Part shown: positions 35,901 through 50,500 of the stretch, piece after piece
How positions within the stretch are numbered: position 1 is the stretch's first letter
Layout: every line of letters begins with the position of its first letter
NCBI GenBank assembly: GCA_964016885.1
Contig: OZ024741.1
Location: 12,276,001-12,340,000, forward strand
DNA length: 64,000 bases
Source: Eledone cirrhosa
Lineage: Eukaryota
Reading direction: 5' to 3'
Notes under the pieces: generated by a model
The model's input: the letters and a program-made list of their open reading frames with translations, nothing else
Databases searched by the model: none
Told to the model about the DNA's origin: nothing
Made by a program: the position numbers and the translations under genes

Positions 35901-38900
35901 TTTGATATTAAGGGTATGTGGTTAGAATGTCCCAGGAGATCAGAGAGTCACTCCAGGTAGAGCTGCTACTTCTCCGAATTGAGAGATCACAACTCTGATA
36001 TTAAGGGTAAGTGGTTAGAATGTCTCCGAAGATCAGAGAGTTATTCAAGGTAAACTTCCTACTTCTCCGAATTGAGAGATCACAGCTCTGATATTAATGG
36101 TATGTGGTTAGAATGTCTCAGGAGATCAGAGAGTCACTCCAGGTAGAGCTGCTACTTCTCCGAATTGAGAGATCACAGCTCTGATATTAAGTTTATGGGG
36201 TTAGAATGTCTCAGAAGGTCAGAGAGTCATGCCAGATAGAGCTGCTACTTCTACGAAAAGAGAGATCACAGCTCTGATATTAGGGGTATGTGGTTAGAAT
36301 GTCTCAGGAAATCAGAGAGTCACTCCAGGTAGGGTTGCTATTTCTCTGAATTGAGAGATCACAACTCTGATATTAAGGGTATGTGGTTAGAATGTCTCAG
36401 GAGATCAGAGAGTCATTCCAGATAGAGCTACTGCTTCTCCCAATTGAGAGATCACAGCTCTGATATTAAGGGTATGTGGTTAGAATGTCTCAGGAGATCA
36501 GAGCATCACAACAGGTAGAGCAGCTACTCCTCCGATTTGAGATATCACATCTCTGATATTAAGGGTATGTGGTTAGAATGTCTCAGGAGATCAGAGAGTC
36601 ACTCCAGCGAGAGCTGCTACTTCTCCGAATTGAGAGATCACAGCTCTGATATTAAGTTTATGTGGTTAGAATGTCTCAGGAGATCAGAGATTCACTCCAA
36701 GTAGAGCTGCTACTTCTCCGAATTGAGAGATCACAGCTCTGATATTAAGGGTATGTGGTTAGAATGTCTCAGGAGATCAGAGAGTCATTCCAGGTAGAGC
36801 TGCTACTTCTCCGAATTGAGAGACCACAGCTCTGATATTAAGGGTATGTGGTTAGAATGTCTCAGGAGATCAGACAGTCACTCCAGGTAGAGCTGCTACT
36901 TCTCTGAATTGAGAGATTACAGCTCTGATATTAAGGGTATGTGGTTAGAATGTCTCAGGAGATCAGAGAGTCACTCCAGGTAGAACTGCTACTTCTGCAA
37001 ATTGAGAGATCACAGTTCTGATATTAAGTGTATGGGGTTAGAATGTCTCAGGAGGTCAGAGAGTCATTCCAGATAGAGCTGCTACTTCTCCGAATTGAGA
37101 GATCACAGCTCTGATATTAGGGGTATGTGGTTAGAATGTCTCAGGAAATCAGAGAGTCACTCCAGGTAGAGTTGCTATTTCTCTGAATTGAGAGATCACA
37201 GCTCTGATATTAAGGGTATGTGGTTAGAATGTCTCAGGAGATCAGAGAGTCATTCCAGATAGAGCTGCTGCTTCTCCGAATTGAGAGATCACAGTTCTGA
37301 TATTAAGGGTATGTGGTTAGAATGTCTCAGGAGATCAGAGCATCACAACAGGTAGAGCAGCTACTCCTCCGATTTGAGATATCATATCTCTGATATTAAG
37401 GGTATGTGGTTAGAATGTCTCTGGAGATCAGAGAGTCACTCCAGGTAGAGCTGCTACTTCTCCGACTTGAGGGATCACAGCTCTGATATTAAGGGTAGTG
37501 GGTTAGAATGTCTCAGGAGATCAGAGAGTCATTCCAGGTACAGCTGCTACTTCTCAGAATTGAGAGATCACTGCTCTGATATTAAGGGTATGTGGTTAGA
37601 ATGTCTCAGGAGATCAGAGAGTCATTCCAGGTAGAGATGCTACTACTCCGAATTGAGAGATCACAGCTCTGATATTAAGGGTATGAGGTTTGAATGTGTC
37701 AGGAGATCAGAGAGTCGCTCCAAGTAGAGCTGCTACTTCTCCGAATTGAGAGATCACAGGTCTGATATTAAGGGTACGTGGTTAGAATATCTCAGGAGAT
37801 CAGAGAGTCATTCCAGGTAGATCTGCTACTTCTCCGAATTGAAAGATCACAGCTCTGATATTATGGGTATGTGGTTAGAATGTCTCAGGAGATCAGAGAG
37901 TCATTCCAGGTAGAGCTGCTACTTCTCCAAATTGACAGATTACAGCTCTGATATTAATGGTAAATGGTTAGAATGTCTCAGGAGATCAGAGAGTCACTCC
38001 AGGTAGAACTGCTACTTCTCCAAATTGAGAGATCACAGGTCTGATATTAAGGGTATGTGGTTAGAATGTCTCAGGAGATCAGAGAGTCACTCCAGGTAGA
38101 GCGGCTACTACTCCGAATTGAGAGATTACAGCTCTGATATTAAGGGTATGTGGTTAGAATGTCTCAGGAGATCAGACAGTCACTCCAGGTAGAGCTGCTA
38201 CTTCTCCGAATTGAGAGATTACAGCTCTGATATTAAGGGTATGTGGTTTGAATGTCTCAGGAGATCAGAGAATCACAACAGGTAGAGCTGCTACTCCTCC
38301 GATTTGAGATATCACATCTCTGATATTAAGGGTATGTGGTTAGAATGTCTCTGGAGATCAGAGAGTCACTCCAGGTAGAGCTGCTACTTCTCCGACTTGA
38401 GAGATCACAGGCTCTCATATTAAGGGTATGTGGTTAGAATGTCTCAGGAGATCAGAGAGTCACTCCAGATAGAGTGGCTACTACTCCGAATTGAGAGATT
38501 ACAGCTCTGATATTAAGGGTATGCGGTTAGAATGTCTCAGGAGATTAGAGTGTCACTCCAGGTAGAGCTGCTACTTCTCCGAATTGAGAGATCACCGCTC
38601 TGATATTAAGGGTATGTGGTTAGAATGTCTCAGGAGATCAGAGAGTCATTCCAGGTAAAGCTGCTACTTCTCCGAATTGAGAGATCACAGCTCTGATATT
38701 AAGGGTATGTGGTTAGAATGTCTCAGGAGATCAGAGAGTCACTCCAGGTAGAGCTGCTACTTCTCCGACTTGAGAGATCACAGCTCTGATATTAGGGGTA
38801 TGTGGTTAGAATGTCTCAGGAGATCAGAGAATCACTCCAGGTAGAGCTGCTACTTCTCCGAATTGAGAGATCACAGCTCTGATATTAAGGGTATATTGTT

Positions 38901-41900
38901 AGAATGTCTCAGGAGATCAGAGAGTCACTTCAGGTAGAGCTGCTACTACACTGAATTGAGAGATCACAGCTCTGATATTAAGGGTATGTGGTTAAAATGT
39001 CTCAGAAGATCAGAGAATCATTCCAGATAGAGCTGCTACTTCTCCGAATTGAGAGATCACAGCTCTGATATTAAGGGTATGTGGTTAAAATGTCTCAGGA
39101 GATCAGAGAATCATTCCAGATCGAGCTGCTACTTCTCGGAATTGAGAGATCACAGCTCTGATATTAAGGGTATGTGGTTAGAATGTCTCAGAAGATCAGA
39201 GAGTCACTCCAGGTAGAGCTCCTACTACTCCGAATTGAGAGATCACAGCTCTGATCTTAAGGGTATGTGGTTAGAATGTCTCAGGAGATCAGAGAGTCAC
39301 TCCAGGTAGAGCTGCTACTTCTCCGAATTGAGAGATCACAGCTCTGATATTAAGGGTATGTGGTTAGAATGTCTCAGGAGATCAGAGAGTCACTCCAGGT
39401 AGAGCTGCTACTTCTCCGAATTGAGAGATCACAGCTCTGATATTAAGGGTATGAGGTTAGAATGTTTCAGGAGATCAGAGAGTCACTCCAGGTAGAGCTG
39501 CTACTTCTCCGAATTGAGAGATCACAGCTCTGATATTAATGGTATGAGGTTAGAATGTCTCAGGAGATCAGAGAGTCATTCCAGGTAGAGCTGCTACTTC
39601 TCCTAATTGAGAGATCACAGCTCTGATATTAATGGTATGTGGTTAGAATGTCTCAGGAGATCAGAGAGTCATTCCCGGTAGAGCTGCTACTTCTCCGAAT
39701 TGAGAGATCACAGCTCTGATATTAAGGGTACGTGGTTAGAATATCTCAGGAGATCAGAGAGTCATTCCAGGTAGATCTGCTACTTCTCCGAATTGAAAGA
39801 TCCCAGCTCTGATATTATGGGTATGTGGTTAGAATGTCTCAGGAGATCAGAGAGTTATTCCAGGTAGAGTTGCTACTTCTCCAAATTGACAGATTACAGC
39901 TCTGATATTAATGGTATGTGGTTAGAATGTCTCAGGAGATCAGAGAGTCACTCCAGGTAGAACTGCTACTTCTCCAAATTGAGAGATCACAGCTCTGATA
40001 TTAAGGGTATGTGGTTAGAATGTCTCAGGAGATCAGAGAGTCACTCCAGGTAGAGCTGCTACTTCTCCGACTTGAGAGATCACAGGCACTCATATTAAGG
40101 GTATGTGGTTATGTCTCAGGAGATCAGAGAGTCACTCCAGATAGAGTGGCTACTACTCCGAATTGAGAGATTACAGCTCTGATATTAAGGGTATGTGGTT
40201 AGAATGTCTCAGGAGATCAGAGAGTCACTCCAGGTAGAGCTGCTACTTCTCCGAATTGAGAGATCACAGGTCTGATATTAAGGGTCTGTGGTTAGAATGT
40301 CTCAGGAGCTCCGAGATTCACTCCAGGTAGAGCTGCTACTTCTCCGAATTGAGAGATCACCGCTCTGATATTAAGGGTATGTGGTTAGAATGTCTCAGGA
40401 GATCAGAGAGTCACTCCAGGTAGAGCTGCTACTTCTCCGACTTGAGAGATCACAGCTCTGATATTAGGGGTATGTGGTTAGAATGTCTCAGGAGATCAGA
40501 GAATCACTCCAGGTAGAGCTGCTACTTCTCCGAATTGAGAGATCACAGCTCTGATATTAAGGGTATATTGTTAGAATGTCTCAGGAGATCAGAGAGTCAC
40601 TCCAGGTAGAGCTGCTACTACACTGAATTGAGAGATCACAGCTCTGATATTAAGGGTATGTGGTTAAAATGTCTCAGAAGATCAGAGAATCATTCCAGAT
40701 AGAGCTGCTACTTCTCCGAATTGAGAGATCACAGCTCTGATATTAAGGGTATGTGGTTAAAATGTCTCAGGAGATCAGAGAATCATTCCAGATAGAGCTG
40801 CTACTTCTCGGAATTGAGAGATCACAGCTCTGATATTAAGGGTATGTGGTTAGAATGTCTCAGAAGATCAGAGAGTCACTCCAGGTAGAGCTCCTACTAC
40901 TCCGAATTGAGAGATCACAGCTCTGATCTTAAGGGTATGTGGTTAGAATGTCTCAGGAGATCAGAGAGTCACTCCAGGTAGAGCTGCTACTTCTCCGAAT
41001 TGAGAGATCACAGCTCTGATATTAAGGGTATGTGGTTAGAATGTCTCAGGAGATCAGAGAGTCGCTCCAGGTAGAGCTGCTACTTCTCCGAATTGAGAGA
41101 TCACAGCTCTGATATTAAGGGTATGAGGTTAGAATGTCTCAGGAGATCAGAGAGTCACTCCAGGTAGAGCTGCTACTTCTCCGAATTGAGAGATCACAGC
41201 TCTGATATTAAGTTTATGTGGTTAGAATGTCTCAGGAGATCAGAGATTCACTCCAAGTAGAGCTGCTACTTCTCCGAATTGAGAAATCACAGCTCTGATA
41301 TTAAGGGTATGCGGTTAGAATGTCTCAGGAGATCAGAGAGTCATTCCAGGTAGAGCTGCTACTTCTCCGAATTGAGAGACCACAGCTCTGATATTAAGGG
41401 TATGTGGTTAGAATGTCTCAGGAGATCAGACAGTCACCCCAGGTAGAGCTGCTACTTCTCTGAATTGAGAGATTACAGCTCTGATATTAAGGGTATGTGG
41501 TTAGAATGTCTCAGGAGATCAGAGAGTCACTCCAGGTAGAACTGCTACTTCTGCAAATTGAGAGATCACAGTTCTGATATTAAGTGTATGGGGTTAGAAT
41601 GTCTCAGGAGGTCAGAGAGTCATTCCAGATAGAGCTGCTACTTCTCCGAATTGAGAGATCACAGCTCTGATATTAGGGGTATGTGGTTAGAATGTCTCAG
41701 GAAATCAGAGAGTCACTCCAGGTAGAGTTGCTATTTCTCTGAATTGAGAGATCACAGCTCTGATATTAAGGGTATGTGGTTAGAATGTCTCAGGAGATCA
41801 GAGAGTCATTCCAGATAGAGCTGCTGCTTCTCCGAATTGAGAGATCACAGCTCTGATATTAAGGGTATGTGGTTAGAATGTCTCAGGAGATCAGAGCATC

Positions 41901-44559
41901 ACAACAGGTAGAGCAGCTACTCCTCCGATTTGAGATATCATATCTCTGATATTAAGGGTATGTGGTTAGAATGTCTCTGGAGATCAGAGAGTAACTCCAG
42001 GTAGAGCTGCTACTTCTCCGACTTGAGAGATCACAGCTCTGATATTAAGGGTAGTGGGTTAGAATGTCTCAGGAGATCAGAGAGTCATTCCAGGTACAGC
42101 TGCTACTTCTCAGAATTGAGAGATCACTGCTCTGAGATTAAGGGTATGTGGTTAGAATGTCTCAGGAGATCAGAGAGTCATTCCAGGTAGAGATGCTACT
42201 ACTCCGAATTGAGAGATCACAGCTCTGATATTAAGGGTATGTGGTTAGAATGTCTCAGGAGATCAGAGTGTCACTCCAGGTAGAGCTGCTACTTTTCCGA
42301 ATTGAGAGATCACAGCTCTGATATTAAGGGTTAGAATGTCTCCGAAGATCAGAGAGTCATTCAAGGTAAAGTTCCTACTTCTCCGAATTGAGAGATCACA
42401 GTTCTGATATTAAGGGTATCTGGTTAGAATATCTCAGGATATCAGATAGTCATTCCAGGTAGAGCTGCTACTTCTCCGAATTGAAAGATCACAGCTCTGA
42501 TATTACGGGTATGTGGTTAGAATGTCTCAGGAGATCAGAGAGTTATTCCAGATAGAGCTGCAACTTCTCCGAATTGAGAGATCACAGCTCTGATATTAGG
42601 GGTATGTGGTTAGAATGTCTCAGGAAATCAGAGAGTCACTCCAGGTAGAGCTGCTACTTCTCCGAATTGAGAGATCACAGCTCTGATATTAAGGGTATGT
42701 GGTTAGAATGTCTCACGAGATCAGAGAGTCACTCCAGGTAGAGCTGCTACTTCTCCGAATTGAGAGATCACAGCTTTGATATTAAGGGTATGTGGTTAGA
42801 ATGTCCCAGGAGATCAGAGAGTCACTCCAGGTAGAGCTGCTACTTCTCCGAATTGAGAGATCACAACTCTGATATTAAGGGTAAGTGGTTAGAATGTCTC
42901 CGAAGATCAGAGAGTTATTCAAGGTAAACTTCCTACTTCTCCGAATTGAGAGATCACAGCTCTGATATTAATGGTATGTGGTTAGAATGTCTCAGGAGAT
43001 CAGAGAGTCACTCCAGGTAGAGCTGCTACTTCTCCGAATTGAGAGATCACAGCTCTGATATTAAGTTTATGGGGTTAGAATGTCTCAGAAGGTCAGAGAG
43101 TCATGCCAGATAGAGCTGCTACTTCTACGAAAAGAGAGATCACAGCTCTGATATTAGGGGTATGTGGTTAGAATGTCTCAGGAAATCAGAGAGTCACTCC
43201 AGGTAGAGTTGCTATTTCTCTGAATTGAGAGATCACAACTCTGATATTAAGGGTATGTGGTTAGAATGTCTCAGGAGATCAGAGAGTCATTCCAGATAGA
43301 GCTACTGCTTCTCCCAATTGAGAGATCACAGCTCTGATATTAAGGGTATGTGGTTAGAATGTCTCAGGAGATCAGAGCATCACAACAGGTAGAGCAGCTA
43401 CTCCTCCGATTTGAGATATCACATCTCTGATATTAAGGGTATGTGGTTAGAATGTCTCAGGAGATCAGAGAGTCACTCCAGCGAGAGCTGCTACTTCTCC
43501 GAATTGAGAGATCACAGCTCTGATATTAAGTTTATGTGGTTAGAATGTCTCAGGAGATCAGAGATTCACTCCAAGTAGAGCTGCTACTTCTCCGAATTGA
43601 GAGATCACAGCTCTGATATTAAGGGTATGTGGTTAGAATGTCTCAGGAGATCAGAGAGTCATTCCAGGTAGAGCTGCTACTTCTCCGAATTGAGAGACCA
43701 CAGCTCTGATATTAAGGGTATGTGGTTAGAATGTCTCAGGAGATCAGACAGTCACTCCAGGTAGAGCTGCTACTTCTCTGAATTGAGAGATTACAGCTCT
43801 GATATTAAGGGTATGTGGTTAGAATGTCTCAGGAGATCAGAGAGTCACTCCAGGTAGAACTGCTACTTCTGCAAATTGAGAGATCACAGTTCTGATATTA
43901 AGTGTATGGGGTTAGAATGTCTCAGGAGGTCAGAGAGTCATTCCAGATAGAGCTGCTACTTCTCCGAATTGAGAGATCACAGCTCTGATATTAGGGGTAT
44001 GTGGTTAGAATGTCTCAGGAAATCAGAGAGTCACTCCAGGTAGAGTTGCTATTTCTCTGAATTGAGAGATCACAGCTCTGATATTAAGGGTATGTGGTTA
44101 GAATGTCTCAGGAGATCAGAGAGTCATTCCAGATAGAGCTGCTGCTTCTCCGAATTGAGAGATCACAGTTCTGATATTAAGGGTATGTGGTTAGAATGTC
44201 TCAGGAGATCAGAGCATCACAACAGGTAGAGCAGCTACTCCTCCGATTTGAGATATCATATCTCTGATATTAAGGGTATGTGGTTAGAATGTCTCTGGAG
44301 ATCAGAGAGTCACTCCAGGTAGAGCTGCTACTTCTCCGACTTGAGGGATCACAGCTCTGATATTAAGGGTAGTGGGTTAGAATGTCTCAGGAGATCAGAG
44401 AGTCATTCCAGGTACAGCTGCTACTTCTCAGAATTGAGAGATCACTGCTCTGATATTAAGGGTATGTGGTTAGAATGTCTCAGGAGATCAGAGAGTCATT
44501 CCAGGTAGAGATGCTACTACTCCGAATTGAGAGATCACAGCTCTGATATTAAGGGTATG
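30772..44559. repeat. Tandem duplication of a 74-monomer block (6874 bp), junction within ~37646-37685
   Basis: Constant offset 6874 = 74x93-8 at 30841/37715, 35441/42315 and 37621/44495. Internal indels +1, +1, -3, -7 sum to -8. Confidence 0.95.
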
Positions 44560-47500
44560 TGGTTAGAATGTCTCAGGAGGTCAGAGAGTCACTCCAGGTA
44601 GAGCTGCTACTTCTCCGAATTGAGAGATCACAGCTCTGATATTAAGGGTATGTGGTTAGAATGTCTCAGGAGATCAGAGAGTCACTCCAGGTAGAGCGGC
44701 TACTAATCCAAATTGAGAGATTACAGCTCTGATATTAAGGGAATGTGGTTAGAATGTCTCAGGAGATCAGAGAGTCACTCCAGGTAGAGCTGCTACTTCT
44801 CCGAATTGAGAGATCACAGCTCTGATATTAATGGTATGTGGTTAGAATGTCTCAGGAGATCAGAGAGTCATTCCAGGTAGAGCTGCTACTTCTCCGAATT
44901 GAGAGATCACAGCTCTGATATTAAGGGTATGTGGTTAGAATATCTCAGGAGATCAGAGAGTCATTCCAGGTAGATCTCCTACTTCTTCGAATTGAAGATC
45001 ACAGCTCTGATATTACGGGTATGTGGTTAGAATGTCTCAGGAGATCAGAGAGTCATTTCAGGTAGAGCTGCTACTTCTCCAAATTGAGATATTACAGCTC
45101 TGATATTAGGGGTATGTGGTTAGAATGTCTCAGGAGATCAGAGAGTCATTCCAGGTAGAGATGCTACTACTCCGAATTGAGAGATCACAGCTTGATATTA
45201 AGGGTATGTGGTTAGAATGTCTCAGGAGATCAGAGAGTCACTCCAGGTAGAGCTGCTACTTCTCCGAATTGAGAGATCACAGCTCTGATATTAAGGGTAT
45301 GTGGTTAGAATGTCTCAGGAGATCAGAGAGTCATTCCAGGTAGAGCTGCTACTTCTACGAATTGAGAGATCACAGTTCTGATAATAAGGGTATGTGGTTA
45401 GAATGTCTCAGGAGATCAGAGAGTCACTCCAGGTAGAGCTGCTACTTCTCCGAATTGAGAGATCACAGCTCTGATATTAATGGTATGTGGTTAGAATGTC
45501 TCAGGAGATCAGAGAGTCATTCCAGGTAGAGCTGCTACTTCTCCGAATTGAGAGATCACAGCTCTGATATTAAGGGTATGTGGTTAGAATATCTCAGGAG
45601 ATCAGAGAGTCATTCCAGGTAGATCTCCTACTTCTTCGAATTTGAAGATCACAGCTCTGATATTACGGGTATGTGGTTAGAATGTCTCAGGAGATCAGAG
45701 AGTCATTCCAGGTAGAGCTGCTACTTCTCCAAATTGAGATATTACAGCTCTGATATTAGGGGTATGTGGTTAGAATGTCTCAGGAGATCAGAGAGTCACT
45801 CCAGGTAGAACTGCTACTTCCCCAAATTGAGAGATCACAGCTCTGATATTAACGGTATGTGGTTAGAATGTCTCAGGAGATCAGAGAGTCACTCCAGGTA
45901 GAGCGGCTACTAATCCAAATTGAGAGATTACAGCTCTGATATTAAGGGTATGTGGTTAGAATGTCTCAGGAGATGAGAGAGTCACTCCAGGTGGAACTGC
46001 TACTTCTCCAAATTGAGAGATCACAGTTCTGATATTAAGGGTATGTGGTTAGAATGTCTCAGGAGATCAGAGAGTCACTCCAGGTAGAGCTGCTACTTCT
46101 CCGGATTGAGAGATCACAGCTCTGATATTAAGGGTATGTGGTTAGAATGTCTCAGGAGATCAGAGAGTCAGTCCAGGTAGAGATGCTTCTTCTCCGAATT
46201 GAGAGATCACAGCTCTGATATTAAGGGTATGTGGTTAGAATGTCTCAGGAGATCAGAGAGTCACTCCAGGTAGAGCAGCTACTTCTCCAAATTGAGAGAT
46301 CACAGCTCTGATATTAAGGGTATGTGGTTAGAATGTCTCAGGAGATCAGAGAGTCACTCCAGGTAGAACTGCTACTTCTGCAAATTGAGAGATCACAGTT
46401 CTGATAGTAAGTGTATGGGGTTAGAATGTCTCAGGAGGTCAGAGAGTCATTCCAGATAGAGCTGCTACTTCTCCGAATTGAGAGATCACAGCTCTGATAT
46501 TAGGGGTATGTGGTTAGAATGTCTCAGGAAATCAGAGAGTCACTCCAGGTAGAGTTGCTATTTCTCTGAATTGAGAGATCACAGCTCTGATATTAAGGGT
46601 ATGTGGTTAGAATGTCTCAGGAGATCAGAGAGTCATTCCAGATAGAGCTGCTGCTTCTCCGAATTGAGAGATCACAGCTCTGATATTAAGGGTATGTGGT
46701 TAGAATGTCTCAGGAGATCAGAGCATCACAACAGGTAGAGCAGCTACTCCTCCGATTTGAGATATCATATCTCTGATATTAAGGGTATGTGGTTAGAATG
46801 TCTCTGGAGATCAGAGAGTCACTCCAGGTAGAGCTGCTACTTCTCCGACTTGAGGGATCACAGCTCTGATATTAAGGGTAGTGGGTTAGAATGTCTCAGG
46901 AGATCAGAGAGTCATTCCAGGTACAGCTGCTACTTCTCAGAATTGAGAGATCACTGCTCTGATATTAGGGGTATGTGGTTAGAATGTCTCAGGAGATCAG
47001 AGAGTCATTCCAGGTAGAGATGCTACTACTCCGAATTGAGAGATCACAGCTCTGATATTAAGGGTATGTGGTTAGAATGTCTCAGGAGATCAGAGAGTAA
47101 CTCCAGGTAGAGCTGCTACTTCTCCGAATTGAGAGATCACAGCTCTGATATTAAGGGTATGTGGTTAGAATGTCTCAGGAGATCAGAGAGTCATTCCAGG
47201 TAGAGCTGCTACTTCTACGAATTGAGAGATCACAGTTCTGATAATAAGGGTATGTGGTTAGAATGTCTCAGGAGATCAGAGAGTCACTCCAGGTAGAGCT
47301 GCTACTTCTCCGAATTGAGAGATCACAGCTCTGATATTAATGGTATGTGGTTAGAATGTCTCAGGAGATCAGAGTGTCATTCCAGGTAGATCTCCTACTT
47401 CTTCGAATTGAAGATCACAGCTCTGATATTACGGGTATGTGGTTAGAATGTCTCAGGAGATCAGAGAGTCATTTCAGGTAGAGCTGCTACTTCTCCAAAT

Positions 47501-50500
47501 TGAGATATTACAGCTCTGATATTAGGGGTATGTGGTTAGAATGTCTCAGGAGATCAGAGAGTCAGTCCAGGTAGAGATGCTACTACTCCGAATTGAGAGA
47601 TCACAGCTCTGATATTAAGGGTATGTGGTTAGAATGTCTCAGGAGATCAGAGAGTCACTCCAGGTAGAGCTGCTACTTCTCCGAATTGAGAGATCACAGC
47701 TCTGATATTAAGGGTATGTGGTTAGAATGTCTCAGGAGATCAGAGAGTCATTCCAGGTAGAGCTGCTACTTCTCCGAATTGAGAGATCACAGCTCTGATA
47801 TTAAGGGTATGTGGTTAGAATATCTCAGGAGATCAGAGAGTCATTCCAGGTAGATCTCCTACTTCTTCGAATTTGAAGATCACAGCTCTGATATTACGGG
47901 TATGTGGTTAGAATGTCTCAGGAGATCAGAGAGTCATTCCAGGTAGAGCTGCTACTTCTCCAAATTGAGAGATCACAGCTCTGATATTAAGGGTATGTGG
48001 TTAGAATGTCTCAGGAGATCAGAGAGTCATTCCAGGTAGAGCTGCTACTTCTCCAAATTGAGAGATCACAGCTCTGATATTAAGGGTATGTGGTTAGAAT
48101 GTCTCAGGAGATCAGAGAGTCATTCCAGGTAGAGCTGCTACTTCTCCAAATTGAGAGATCACAGCTCTGATATTAAGGGTATGTGGTTAGAATGTCTCAG
48201 GAGATCAGAGAGTCACTCCAGGTAGAGCTGCTACTAATCCAAATTGAGACATTACAGCTCTGATATTAAGGGTATGTGGTTAGAATGTCTCAGGAGATCA
48301 GAGAGTCAGTCCAGGTAGAGATGCTTCTTCTCCGAATTGAGAGATCACAGCTCTGATATTAAGGGTATGTGGTTAGAATGTCTCAGGAGATCAGAGAGTC
48401 ACTCCAGGTAGAGCAGCTACTTCTCCAAATTGAGATATCACAGCTCTGATATTAAGGGTAGTGGGTTAGAATGTCTCATGAGATCAGAGAGTCACTCCAG
48501 ATAGAGTGGCTACTACTCCGAATTGAGAGATTACAGCTCTGATATTAAGGGTATGTGGTTAGAATGTCTCAGGAGATCAGAGAGTCATTCCAGGTAGAGC
48601 TGCTACTTTTCCGAATTGAGAGATCACAGCTCTGATATTAAGGGTATGTGGTTAAAATGTCTCAGAAGATCAGAAAATCATTCCAGATAGAGCTGCTACT
48701 TCTCCGAATTGAGAGATCACAGCTCTGATATTAAGGGTATGTGGTTAGAATGTCTCAGAAGATCAGAGAGTCACTCCAGGTAGAGCTCCTACTACTCCGA
48801 ATTGAGAGATCACAGCTCTGATATTAAGGGTATGTGGTTAGAATGTCTCAGGAGATCAGAGAGTCACTCCAGGTAGAGCTGCTACTTCTCCGAATTGAGA
48901 GATCACAGCTCTGATATTAAGGGTATGTGGTTAGAATGTCTCAGGAGATCAGAGAGTCACTCCAGGTAGAGATGCTACTTCTCCGAATTGAGAGATCACA
49001 GCTCTGATATTAAGGGTATGAGGTTAGAATGTCTCAGGAGATCAGAGAGTCACTCCAGGTAGAGCTGCTACTTCTCCGAATTGAGAGATCACAGCTCTGA
49101 TATTAAGGGTATGAGGTTAGAATGTCTCAGGAGATCAGAGAGTCACTCCAGGTAGAGCTGCTACTTCTCCGAATTGAGAGATCACAGCTCTGATATCAAG
49201 GGTATGAGGTCAGAATGTCTCAGCAGATCAGAGAGTCACTCCAGTTAGAGCTGCTACTTCTCCGAATTGAGAGATCACAGCTCTGATATTAAGGGTATGA
49301 GGTTAGAATGTCTCAGGAGATCAGAGAGTCACTCCAAGTAGAGCTGCTACTTCTCCGAATTGAGAGATCACAGGTCTGATATTAAGGGTACGTGGTTAGA
49401 ATATCTCAGGAGATCAGAGAGTCATTCCAGGTAGATCTGCTACTTCTCCGAATTGAAAGATCACAGCTCTGATATTATGGGTATGTGGTTAGAATGTCTC
49501 AGGAGATCAGAGAGTCATTCCAGGTAGAGCTGCTACTTCTCCAAATTGACAGATTACAGCTCTGATATTAATAGTATGTGGTTAGAATGTCTCAGGAGAT
49601 CAGAGAGTCACTCCAGGTAGAACTGCTACTTCTCCAAATTGAGAGATCACAGCTCTGATATTAAGGGTATGTGGTTAGAATGTCTCAGGAGATCAGAGAG
49701 TCACTCCAGGTAGAGCGGCTACTACTCCGAATTGAGAGATTACAGCTCTGATATTAAGGGTATGTGGTTAGAATGTCTCAGGAGATCAGAGAGTCACTCC
49801 AGGTAGAGCTGCTACTTCTCCGAATTGAGAGATTACAGCTCTGATATTAAGGGTATGTGGTTTGAATGTCTCAGGAGATCAGAGAATCACAACAGGTAGA
49901 GCTGCTACTCCTCCGATTTGAGATATCACATCTCTGATATTAAGGGTATGTGGTTAGAATGTCTCTGGAGATCAGAGAGTCACTCCAGGTAGAGCTGCTA
50001 CTTCTCCGACTTGAGAGATCACAGGCTCTCATATTAAGGGTATGTGGTTAGAATGTCTCAGGAGATCAGAGAGTCACTCCAGATAGAGTGGCTACTACTC
50101 CGAATTGAGAGATTACAGCTCTGATATTAAGGGTATGTGGTTAGAATGTCTCAGGAGATCAGAGAGTCACTCCAGGTAGAGCTGCTACTTCTCCGAATTG
50201 AGAGATCACAGGTCTGATATTAAGGGTCTGTGGTTAGAATGTCTCAGGAGCTCCGAGATTCACTCCAGGTAGAGCTGCTACTTCTCCGAATTGAGAGATC
50301 ACCGCTCTGATATTAAGGGTATGTGGTTAGAATGTCTCAGGAGATCAGAGAGTCATTCCAGGTAAAGCTGCGACTTCTCCGAATTGAGAGATCACAGCTC
50401 TGATATTAAGGGTATGTGGTTAGAATGTCTCAGGAGATCAGAGAGTCACTCCAGGAAGAGCTGCTACTTTTCCGACTTGAGAGATCACAGCTCTGATATT

